Source: Octopus vulgaris
Taxonomy: Eukaryota
Direction: 5' to 3'
Length of the DNA: 64,000 bases
Assembly (NCBI GenBank): GCA_951406725.2
Contig: OX597834.1
Coordinates: 23,312,001-23,376,000, forward strand
Each line of letters opens with the position of its first letter. Within the stretch, counting starts at the first letter, position 1. Position numbers and translations under genes: made by a program. The notes under the pieces were generated by a model that worked only from the letters and a program-made list of their open reading frames with translations, had not been told where the DNA came from and made no database searches. Shown here piece after piece: positions 38,538 through 50,800 of this stretch.

Positions 38538-41500
38538 GCTGATCTCAATCATTTATCACTGATTATCTCTGGTTATGTTTGCTGTGTTTTATTTCATAGA
38601 ACAACTGGATAAGCTAAGGGCATCAAAAGGCATCAAGGCCAGTGTGGACGTAACGTCCAGCCCCCCACTGGAACGAAGTAACAGCACAAGTACTTCTGCC
38701 TCTGTTGATGACAGCAATGTCAACAGTGGCACCAACGGAGTAGGGACTCGCCGCTCCAGCATGGATAGCAGTTCTCTCCTACAGCGCCACCAACCTGTTG
38801 TCCACCGGATCAGAACGATGTTAAGTGAACCGAGGTAAGTCAACTTTGCTCAGTCTACTGACAGTATAAATAGACAGGGGGAGGGGAGAATTTTTATTTT
38901 GTTTTTAATTTATTTGTTGGAAGGGTTAGTGTCACATGGGCACAGCCTAGGGCTTGATCAACCCCGGCCGGTTCCCCTAGGTGAAGAGGTCTATTTGTAG
39001 AAAGACATAAAACACTAAGTGACCCCCAAGCATCATCACTGATGGCCAGAGGAATTGGTAGATGAGATATAAGTAAAAGACATATCTTCAAATATTCCTT
39101 GCATTAACCACCATATTCATTATTTTGAAACCACATGATTGACCAGACTCTGTCAGATGTTGTTATACATTGCTGGTCACAACGTTTTTTTAGCTTTGGA
39201 TTGATGCCACCCTGATGGCTAGGCTTGTGTGAAGGATTTCTAATATGAAATTTCTTACATGTCTATCCAACATACACAATTTTGTGATTCCTCTTAGTAA
39301 ATGAAACATATGTAATGGTGAATATATAATGCCAAATGATTTTTCCAGCTTCCTGTTTTGTTTTATTTATATATGTGTGTGTATGTGTGTGTGTATATGC
39401 TGGTGGCACATAAAAAGCACCCATTAACTTTCAAAGTGCTTGGTGTTAGGAAGGGCATCCAGCCATAGAAACCATGCTAAATGAGACTGGAGCCTGGTGC
39501 AGCTCTCCGGATCACCAGTTCCATTCAAACCGTCCAACCCATGACAACATGGACATCAGATGTTAATGATGATGATGATGATGATGAGAGAGCGTGTGTG
39601 GTTCTTACTGTGTTGAAACTGTGTGAGACTCAACTACATTGTAATCCCATTTCTTCCATTAGCAAATCTTCTGGGTTTAATGTAGGGGTTACCTTCATAA
39701 GAACACTAAAACTTATATATTTACACACACACTGTATGGCTATGTTATGTATTGTTTCTTACTGACTAATTGGTGCTTAAACAATGTCTGTTCATTGCTG
39801 TCTCCTTGTTTTCTCCTCTCCATCAGTCTTTCAGCAGTTCCTATCAGTGTATCACCATTACAACATCCGACTTTGTCTCCAGCAACTGTAACAGCAGTCA
39901 GCCCCACACCACAAACCCCACCATCACCTCTCTATGCACCACTCATCGAGATGGGATTTAGCCTAAACCACATTGTGCAAGCAATGAGAGCAACAGGTAA
40001 GTACAGTTGCTTCCTCCTCTTCACTTCTCTCGTCACAGACTAAAGCCTCGTTATTTTAATTGACACATAATGTCCTACTGCAAATTTTCCAAGTGAAACG
40101 CCTCAATGTCAGGACTGGTTTATTGTTGGACAAAATGTCTTACATTTATTGGCGTCTCTTTCTGTTCAGAGTTTAGATCCCATGGAAATTGTCTTTTCCT
40201 TTCCTCTTTTCATCTTTTATCCTTTACTTGTTTCAGTCATTAGGCCGCAGCCATGCTGGGGCACCACCTAGAAGAATTTTTAGTTGAGTGATTCGACCCC
40301 AGTACATTTTTTGTCAGCCTGATACTTATTCTATCAGTCACTTTTGCCGAACTGCTAAGTTACAGGAACATAAGCACATTGGCACTGGTTCTCAAGTGTG
40401 TGTGTGGGGGGAGGGGGCAAACACAAACACACATGCACACATGACAGGCTTCTTTCAGTTTCCATGTAGCAAATTCACTCACAAAGCTTTGATTGGCCTG
40501 AAGCTATAGTAGAAGACACCTGCCCAAGGTGCCTTGCAATGGGATTGAATCTGGAACCATGGGATTGGGAAGCAGGCTTCTTACCACACAGCCACACCTG
40601 CACTTTAGGGTTTGATAAAATATCAAGGAAATCTTGGAGAAAGGGCTGATATACTTAACATTATCCTCTCCAATGAAATTTGTAGCCTTGTGTATCATCA
40701 TCATTACCATCATCACACATACACACCTGCATGCATGCACACACACACACACAATGGGCTTCTTTCAGTTTCCCTCTACCAAATCCATTCATAAGGCTTT
40801 GGTTGGCCCATGGCTAAAATAGAAGATACTTGCCCAAGGTGTTACCCAGTGGGACTGAACCCAAGGCCTTATGATTGGGAAGCCAGCTTCTTAACCATAC
40901 AGCCACATCTGTACCTGTGCGTGTGTGTGTGTGTGTCTATATGATAAGAAACCATCAGTATTTTAATTACCCCAATACACAGCATTCTTCTCTGTTTCTT
41001 TCTGTTTCAGGTGTCAACATTGAGGCTTCTGCTCATGTTGTAAATACCCTAGCCACGTGGATGGTCGAACACCCCATCACTGAAACCCCGAACCAAAACG
41101 AACAATCTAGTTGTGCCGTAAGCTCGACTTCTACCTGTGTCCCTGTTGACCTCTCATTTCCACCCACATCTCTCCCCTCCAGGGGCACACCTCTCACAGA
41201 CATGCTCAATGCACATATCTACAGAATAGCCTCTGACTGGTAAGTCTTTTCTCTTTGTCATCTTGTTCTGAATGTTTTTGTGTCTAAATAATTCTTGGAC
41301 ACAAAATTTTGGTTTTGGTATTAAATGAAGACAGACTGGAAAGGGGTGGGTTGTGTTTTTTTTTTTATTGACTGTTTTGTTGCTGAAGACTGGGTCTTTA
41401 AGATTATTGAGTTCTGAAGATTGGGTCTTTAGGAATATGTCTTGGCTGAAGATTGTGTCTTTATCATTACTATGAAGCTGAAAATTGAAACTTTAGGATT

Positions 41501-44370
41501 ACTTTGCTTCTGAATATTGGCTCTTAAGGATTATCAAGTTGTTGAAGACTGGGTTTTAGAATTACTGTGTAACTGAAGATTGGGATTTTAGGATTGTTGT
41601 ATTGTTGAAAACTGGGTCTAAAGAATTGTGTTGTTGAAGATTTGGTCTTAAAAATTATTGTTGCTGAAAACTGGGTCTTTAGGGGTGTTAGGTCAGAGTG
41701 TGACAAGGCTGGCCCTTTTTTTAAATACAGGTACTACTCATTTTTGCCAACTGAGTGGACTGGAGCAACGTGAAATAAAGTGTCTTGCTCAAGGATGCAA
41801 CGCGTCACCGGGAATTGAACTCACAACCTTACAATCATGAGCCAAATGCTCTAACCACCATGCTACACCTTCAAGCGCATAAATGCTGATAGACATCCAT
41901 ACAAAGTGGAAAATTTTGCTTAAAGCACTTGACCGGTAATCAAAGGAGTGTAAGTTTGAGTCTCATAGTTAGTTGCTGACAAATGTTTCTGCTTTGTATG
42001 GATATCTTATCCAATCTCTGCTGTTCTATCAGCGTTTATGTGTTTGAAAATAAATTATCATCTTATTTGTATCTCACAATACACATTTCAACACTTCTGA
42101 AACAAATATTAGTTTGTTTACATTTATTGTAATAAATTAGTTTCAATATTGTCTATTCCTAAATATGTTAACACAATAAAAACAATTGTCAGATTTGTAA
42201 GGTGAATTCTACAATTAAAGGTGTGATTTTCTCTGTGTATTTTTGTTATGTATATTTATATATATGTTAAAGTAAGTATACTGTATGAGTAGTGTAATGT
42301 GTTACTCTTTGCAGGGAAAACACCCTCCAGACAGCCGAGGCACCAATGGCCCATATAGAGACATTATCAGATCAATCTTCTGATGAACGGGAAGGAGAAA
42401 TACATCTGGGACGCACACGGAGGCGACGTCTGTGTCGCACACGACACATGGATATACGCAATTATCTCACCAGACCCTGTACGTATTACTACTCGACTTC
42501 TCTCTTTCACACACACACACACGCACACACTAATACCCACATTTACACTCTTACACACGCACACACACAGTGAGAAAGGAATCATAGAAGAAGAGGAGGA
42601 GGTAAATGACTGAGTAGTTAATGAGAGGAATTATTCACACGAGAAAAAATATTGAATTTTATTTTAAGATAATATTTATTTTTCTTTTAAAAATTAGCAT
42701 TTTTAGCATTTTGTAGAAGCACCAAGAAATTTGATAAAAGTTACATTATAATTATCCCATGTATGACATTACCCCAAAGGTTATCCTTCATTTGACAGGG
42801 AACACTCTGGTATATTTCATATAATGACCAACTGAAACTTCAAAGGGTCACCCATGTTACAATGAGCTTGTGATAAAGAGGCTTTAAAGATTTTTAAGGT
42901 GTGGTTGTGTAGTAAGAAGTTTACTTCCCAAACACATGGTTCCGGGTTCAGTCCCTAGACAGACCTAGGAAGGACCTTGTTAGCACCCTTTGCTCCATGG
43001 ACTCAAGGTTACAATCAAGACCAACCTTAGTGCTATAAACTTTTTAGATGTTACATTGGACCTGGGCTCCTGTTCATACAAGCCCTACCACAAACCAAAC
43101 GAGAGGCTGCCCTATATCAACGCTGTCCCCTGCCACCCACCCACCTATCATGTTCAGGAACCTAGTGAAGGATATCCACAGGAGGATCTTGGGCCTGTTC
43201 CAGGTTCAATCCCACTTTATGACACCTTGCACAAGTGTCTTCTGCTACGACCTTGGGCTGACCAAAGCCTTGTGAGTAGATCTGGTAGATGGAAACTGAA
43301 AGAAGCCTGTCATATATATGTGTGTGTCTTTGTGTCTGTTTATCCCCCAGTGCCACTTGACAAGCAGTGTTGGTGTGTTTGTGTCCTCATAACTCAGCAG
43401 TTCAGCAAAAGAGACTGATAGAATAAATACCAAGCTTTAAAAAAAAACTAAGTACTTGGGTTGATTCATTCGACTAAAAGTTCTTCAAGACGGTGCCCCA
43501 GCATGGGCAATAACAGTGAAATAACTGAAACAGGAAAGAAATAAAAGATATCTTCATAAACATTAAAGTATGATTAGTCTCAGGTAGACGAGTGTATTAG
43601 AAAGAGGTGGGGGGGCTCTTGTTTCTAGCATGTTGAGTTACCACATAGGGGTTCTCTTCACCACTTGGTGTGGGTATATGTTTGATTATTTAAGTCTGTG
43701 TTTTTTTTTTCTCCTTCCTTTCCTCACCAGCTGGAACAAGAAGTCTGAGAGAGAGCCACCGGGAGAATCGTCCAGATCGTCAACACGAGATTGGTGAAGC
43801 TCGCCCTCTTTATGACCTGGAGTTTGATTTATTTGACGACTTGTTGTACGAAGAAAATACTGATGCCTTCTCACCACTGGAGTCTTCTGAACAGGTCAGT
43901 TGTTTGGAAATATAAAAATTTACTCCCTGCTGTTGTTGTGCAGATCTGTCCAACCCATAGTTCAACAAAGTGGTCAATATTGAACCCAGGATACGTAGAT
44001 ATCCAGTGGATCTGTATTCTCACTGTATCAAATTAATTGAAACAAAGGCAATGTGTTTCGGTAGAAATATGGTAACGGAAATGTTAAATAGCTTCAGAAA
44101 ACGGTTAACTCTTGTTTAGGTTTTGAAGTAAAAGTACTTTGTCATTTAAATTTAGTCTAGTGAGGAAATTAACCACTGAACAGTTGTACTTATTTATTTA
44201 TTTATCATTTTATTTCAGATGTTGATTGCAGCAAATGATTGTCATGAACCAGTCAGTTGTGATTTGTGTTTGACAAGAACAACCAACTTCAATTCACACA
44301 TGAAAACTCACCATCCTGGATGTGGATGTAATGTTTACATACTTTATTTCCCTCTCTCTTTCTCTCTCTT

Positions 44371-44403
<33 letters not shown>

Positions 44404-44779
44404 TAGCAGTATCGCCCGGCGTTGCTCAGGTTTGTAAGGTAAATAACTATAAAGCATTTTTAGAGAGTTATAGCCAAAAAACAGCAAAAAGATGGAAAAA
44501 AATTATGGTAAATTTTTTTTTAGTTAAAAAAGGTGGAGTTGCGTCCCCTAGACAATTTGCAATTTGTGTTTCTGATTCTCGACCCCATGTCGAATTTATC
44601 GATTTTTTTCAGAACTGGGGGAACTTTTCAAAATTTTCGCTGCGTTAGTTTTGAACTATGACATTGGGCTATGTGTGTGTCAAGTTTCATCAGAATCGGT
44701 TGAAAGCCGTGGTCAGGGTGGGGGTACAAGAAAACAGACACACAGAAACACGCACAGACAAACTGCCGTTTATATATAG

Positions 44780-44868
<89 letters not shown>

Positions 44869-47800
44869 CTTTTGATTCCATCTCCAACTGTAACATGTTT
44901 TTTGTTAAGGTGTTTGGTTCACTCTGTAATGTGTGGGCTTTTTGCTGCTCAGTAACATGTGGTGCTTTGTGACCATACTGTAACATGTGGTGATTTGAAG
45001 CATTCAGTAACATGGCCAGGAAGTGGGTGGCTGTTTTGGCTACATGATGACATGGAGTGTTTCATTTACTCGATTGTTAGGGTTATAGGTCTCTCAGTTA
45101 ACGAACAGCACTTTGATCCTCTTAATACCTACCATGTAGCAGTTTGGTCCTTTTAATAATGTGTAGCATTAGGGTCCCTAAGCAACAGGCAGTATTTTTG
45201 CCATTTAATACAAAATAGCAAATACTAATTCGGTCACCCAATAAAGTATAATTTTTGTGGGGTTGCATAATTATTTTCATAATCCTCTTTCTCAGTGAAG
45301 ATAGACTTCATTTGCATAAAGTCTTCATTATCATCATTATCATCATTTAACATTTGTCTTCAGTGCTGTTATGAGTTAGATAGTTTGACAGAATCTGACA
45401 TGGCCGGGGGAAGCTGTTTTGAACTCTAGTATCTTACTGTGGCATAGTTTCTGTGGCTTGATGCTCTTCCTGATATCTATCACTTTACAGGGTGTACTAG
45501 CTGCTTCATTTTGGTAGCGCCTGCATTAGTGAGATCCATTAAGTAACTCGTATCACAAGACCCCTCAACTGAGTGAGATGGAGTAGCATCGAGGGAGGTG
45601 GCTTTGCACTAGGTGATGAGAAGTTAACATGTGACAGAGGAACCATTTGAAAAGAGTTCAGAATCATCATCATCATTGTCATTTAATGTTTGCTTTCCAT
45701 GCTGGTGTGGGTTAGACGGCTTGACTGGAACTGGTAAGCCGGAGAGCTGCACCAGGTTCCAGTCTGATTTAGCATGGTTTTCTATGGCTGGATGCCCTTC
45801 CTAAAGCCAACCACTCCAAACATGTAATGGATGCTTTTTACATGCCACTGGCTTGGTTGCCATTTACATGACTCCAGCAACGGCCACAACTGCGATTCCA
45901 CTTGGTTTTGCGAGTCTTCTCCTCAAACACCACACTTTACCAAGGGTCTCTGTCACTCGTCATCATCTCCATGAGACCCAACGTTTGAAGGTCAGGCTTT
46001 CTCCATTTACTCTTATGTCTGTTTCTCCATGCTAGCATGTGTTAGATGAATATATTACTGAAGCATTGTTTTACAGTCTGCTGTCCTTTCTATTAATAAC
46101 CTTTACCTGCCTTTTAAGTAAAGGATCTCTTATTCTACTCATCTCCAAAGGAACAGAGCCAGTGGGCAATTTGTTGATGAGGGAAATGACAACAAATTTC
46201 ACCAGAAAAGCACAAATGTAAGCATGCACAAACGTGTGTGTGTGTGTATTGATTGGCTTTGTGGCCTTTCCATCCACCAAATTCAATGACAAAGCTTTAG
46301 AAGATACTTACTCAAATTGCCCAAGTCAAGTTTAATGGTTTACTGGACAATAAATCTGGCCATCCAATAGCTCTGGCCACTTCATCTTGTTGTTGTAGTT
46401 AGCTATGTACCTTTAAGTTTCAGGTTCAAATCTTGCCAGAACCAACCGAATTTACCTTTTGCTTTCCTGTGGAAGAGGAGGGATGGGTTAGAAGCCATAC
46501 ATTACCAGTAAGATACTGGGGGTAAGTGTGGGTGGGTGTGGTGATGTAACTGACATTGTGCTTCCCTACCCACAAAAATGGTTATCATCATCATCATAAA
46601 TGTAGTCATCATGGATCACACTCAACATCATTATAACTGTAATCATCATCATCATCATAATTATTGTCGTGGACATCATCATCACTGGAATTGTAGCCAT
46701 CATTGTCATCACCACCACCATCGCCATGGCAACCCTTCAAACTTGCTTTTCTGTTGTCTGTAAACAGTGTCAGCTTGGACCCAATATTATCTCACATCTC
46801 TCACATATATAAGCACACAACAACATATCGTACCCCTCCTCCATCTCTCTTTCTTTTCACATTTAATTAATTTATTTTATTACAACTAATTAGTAATCCA
46901 TCTTAACGAACAGTCTTTAACACTTCAACTCATTATTTTAACATCATCATCATTATGCTGTTGATGTTTTTACTGTTGTTTTTGTTCTTACTCCTCTGTG
47001 TGGGTGAGAGAGAGAGAGAGAGAGAGAGAATTGGTGGAGCACTGTAGAAAGTGGTTTGGAGTAGTATTTTACTTGCACATTGCTTTTTGCCATCCTTTGA
47101 GTTCCGCTTCCAAGATCAATAACACTAAAAAAAAAAAAAATGGGGCAAGGGAGAAAAATAAAGAATACTTGAGATCGAGCTAGGTTGATTGATTGAATTA
47201 AATTTTTTAAAGTTCTGAGTTCAAATTCCACGGACATCAACTTTACTGTTTTATTATCTTGGTTTGTATAAAACAAGTACCAGTTGAGTACGGAGGGTTG
47301 ATGTAAACGACTACCCCTCCCCCCAAAAAAACAAAATTTCAGGCCTTGTGCCTATAGTAGAATGGACTGTTATCATCATCATTATTAACCCATTAACTGC
47401 CATATTATTTGGCATTGCCAGGTGTCTTAGGAGTTAAAATAATACATAATATTTAAATTTTCTTCATCTGTGAATTATTTTGGAAATTATGAGAGATTAT
47501 TCTTAAAGTCCCAAATGGGTATCACTAAAAAAAAAGCGTATTCCTCCTTCTCTATTCAATTGCAATAATAAACATTTAAGTTTTTTTGAAACTATAGTAT
47601 CAAATGCGAATGTGTATGAAATATTAATGAATGATATAAATTGGAAATGCGAAAAAAAAAAACGTTTTGTTAAAAGATTTTATATTACAGAATAACAGAA
47701 TTGATGTTTACAAGTATGATGGATTCATCCCTGGTGTACAATTATTACTACCTTGCAGAGAAAATCAGCTCTTCTTATATTACATTATCAATAATATTGA

Positions 47801-50800
47801 TGATGATAAGGATAGCAATAATAATAATTGTTTCTAATGTTGACACAAGTCCCAAAATTTGGGAAAGGTGACTGGTTAATTACATCAACTCCAGTAGATG
47901 ATTGGTACTTATTTTATTGATCCTAAAGGTAAGAAAAATAAAGCTAACCTTGGCAGGATCTGAAGTTAAAAACAGAAAACCCAAAATAATAACAACAAAA
48001 ATAATAATTATAGTAATAATAATAGTAATGATCCTTTCTACTATAGAAGGGGCTAGTCAATTACATTAACCCCCAATCCTCAACTGGTACTTATATTGAC
48101 CCTGAAAGGACAAAAGGCAAAGTTGGCCTTGGCACAATTTGAACTCAGAACGGAAGAAATGCATTTCATCTGATGTGCTAACAATTCTGCCAGCTCACCA
48201 CCTTACTATGATAATAATAATAATAATAATAATAATGATAATAATAATAACAATAACAACAACAACAACAACAAAAAGAGCAGTCAGTGGAAACCTCCGC
48301 CAAGGCAACAGCCTCTCAATGATTAGCCAGAAATGATTTTTAAAATGAGAATATCTCAAATAAACTCGACTGCTCTCACAAACAAGAATACTACACACAG
48401 TCTTTATTAATCCAGTAAAAAAATAACCAACAAAACTATCTTTAACATGCCATATGCAGATTAGTCAACTTCAACAACAGGGTCTGTGTACTCAATACAG
48501 GGTACAGTATATTGCATGATGTTGCAGACTATCCCCAGATTTCTGGAAATTCCAGATAAGAAGTTTGGTCCTGTATTTTATTATCTCTAGAGTAGTAGGA
48601 TATGGTGATGGCTCCCTAGGGGCACACATATTTGAGAAAGGGCCCAGTCATTATTAAACTCCCAGAAGGATAAAAGGTAAAGTCAACTTTTTCTCTCTTT
48701 TTTTTTTTTTTTTTTTTTTTACAGGATTTTAATTTTCAGAACTTAAAAGTATTGGGGTGGCTGAGGCAGGAGAACCTAACTATATAACTAAATCCACTTG
48801 CTCCAATGCTCTACCGATTCTGCTATTGGAACAATGTTTTTCCTCCATTAACTTTAATCCTTGAATATTTTTTTATTAATTCATTCGTTAATTTATTATA
48901 TTTATTTATTTTGTTGTGTCCATTTTGATAATTAGAAGTTGATCCCTGACCCTCTCTTTCTCCACCCTGCCCTTTGCACAAACAACAAAGGCAACTCTAA
49001 TTGCTTTCATTGCTAATAAATTAGTTTCAGCATTGACTAACTATTTTTATTGTAATCTGTTTGATATGCAGTACTAGCTTATTATAATAATTTATGTTAG
49101 TTACCTTACTATAATGGTTTATATTTGTTATAATAATTATAATAATTATGAATAGTAACATTCTTTACTGCTTGCCTTTTTGTTAACACTGTCAAAAAGC
49201 AATACTAACAATAATAATAATAATAATAACAGTAGTGGTAGTAGCTGTAGTAATAATAATAGTAGTAGTTGTATATGGTTACTTGAAAAGTAGAACTTTC
49301 TAACCTTAAAATCCCTGACCCCTATCTCCTCCCCTCTTCCTTTGATTCTGTTTCCTTAGTTGGGTGTCTTGACTTGTCTGTCGACTGCTCACCTCCTACG
49401 TACGCATATAGTTTCAATCTGTTAACTGTTTTCTAGGGACTTGTCGTAGTCATGGCTACAGTAGTTCTGGAGTGTACACGTCTGGCTGGTACGGCGGGAC
49501 TTGTGGTACCGGGTACCCGTTTTATTTGTTATGTCCCGATTGCCGAGCCCACCACTTGGACATGTCTGGCCACTCTGGTGCCGCCGGCCACTCACCCACT
49601 ACTGGTAGCGGGACACCTGCTTGGAAATCCGCTCAGCTCCGGCAAACAGCTCCGGACTTCTTGTGTCCTGGGGGATCTCTGCAGGATGGTATGTGAAATC
49701 AATCACTTTCTTTAACAAAGTAAAAAAAAAATAATAACTTCTGTTTAAAACTAAAAAATAATAAATAATTAACAAAAATAATAATACATTATTTATTATT
49801 ATTATTTTACTATTTTTGTTATTATTTGTTTACATCATAAGAATCTAGAAACTTTGAGAGATATGAAGTAAATTGTATTTTAAATGGTGAAGCTTGAAGT
49901 AGATAGAACTATAAATAACAGCTTGTAGAATATTGGATGAAAAAAAAATCTCTTGGATGGTAAAATGCTGAAAGCATGGCAGATGTTCTTCCATCATACC
50001 AAAGTAAGCCTTTGAATCTTTTCCTCCATCCAGTGGGGGTGTTTTAATCCAATATTCTACATACTTACTATTATTTATAGCTTTATCTATTTTAGTTCCA
50101 CCTTTGAAAAATGGATTATTATTATTATTATTAGAAGTATTTTTGTACTAATTGGCTATTAATTTTCAAAGATAGTATAATTCTGTATATACATGTGTGG
50201 GCATATTTGTGCATGTATGATAATCTGTGCGTGTGGGTGTTGTATTATCTTCATTGAATTTGGTTTGATCAAAGTTTCAAATTTTGTACTCAATACACAA
50301 TATTATTGATACTATTATTGTTAGGGAATGGGAGGAATCTTTGTCCAAGAGGGATCAGACAATGTCGATATTACATTCACCTCTATCCTTTTTGTACCAA
50401 ATATACTTTGAGAGTGATTTCAAACACTGTCACAAAGGGGAGATAAACTATGTGTGTTTGTGTTGAGTACTCTCCAACATGTGAGTTCAAACACATAAAC
50501 AAACACTTATATACCTACAATGGGCTTCTGCATTGTTTCTGTCTCACAAATCCCAAGATATTGGTCAACCTTTCACTGAAGTAGAGAGCAGTTGCTCTGG
50601 GTAACATACAATTGGATCAATCCTTGAACCATGTGGCTGGGAAGCAAAAGCACGCTGTCACACCTTGGCAAATTTTTCTGGGTTTATTGCAAACATTAAC
50701 CAAAACTTAACTTTGGTGTAGTTACAATTTAACTCAATAATTTCAACACTAGAAACATTTTACAGTTTTCTCCTTGGAAATGCTGTGACATTGATGCTGT

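Noticed and set aside
39835-39838. Alternative tandem acceptors (tttcagcag) inside exon 29
   Set aside because: Using them shifts to a frame that stops at 39961; the upstream acceptor at 39826 preserves the UBA-like frame.
41378-41682. Regularly spaced repeats superficially like a CRISPR array (also 44885-45020 and 50965-51310)
   Set aside because: Eukaryotic intron, degenerate tandem units without unique spacers, no cas genes.
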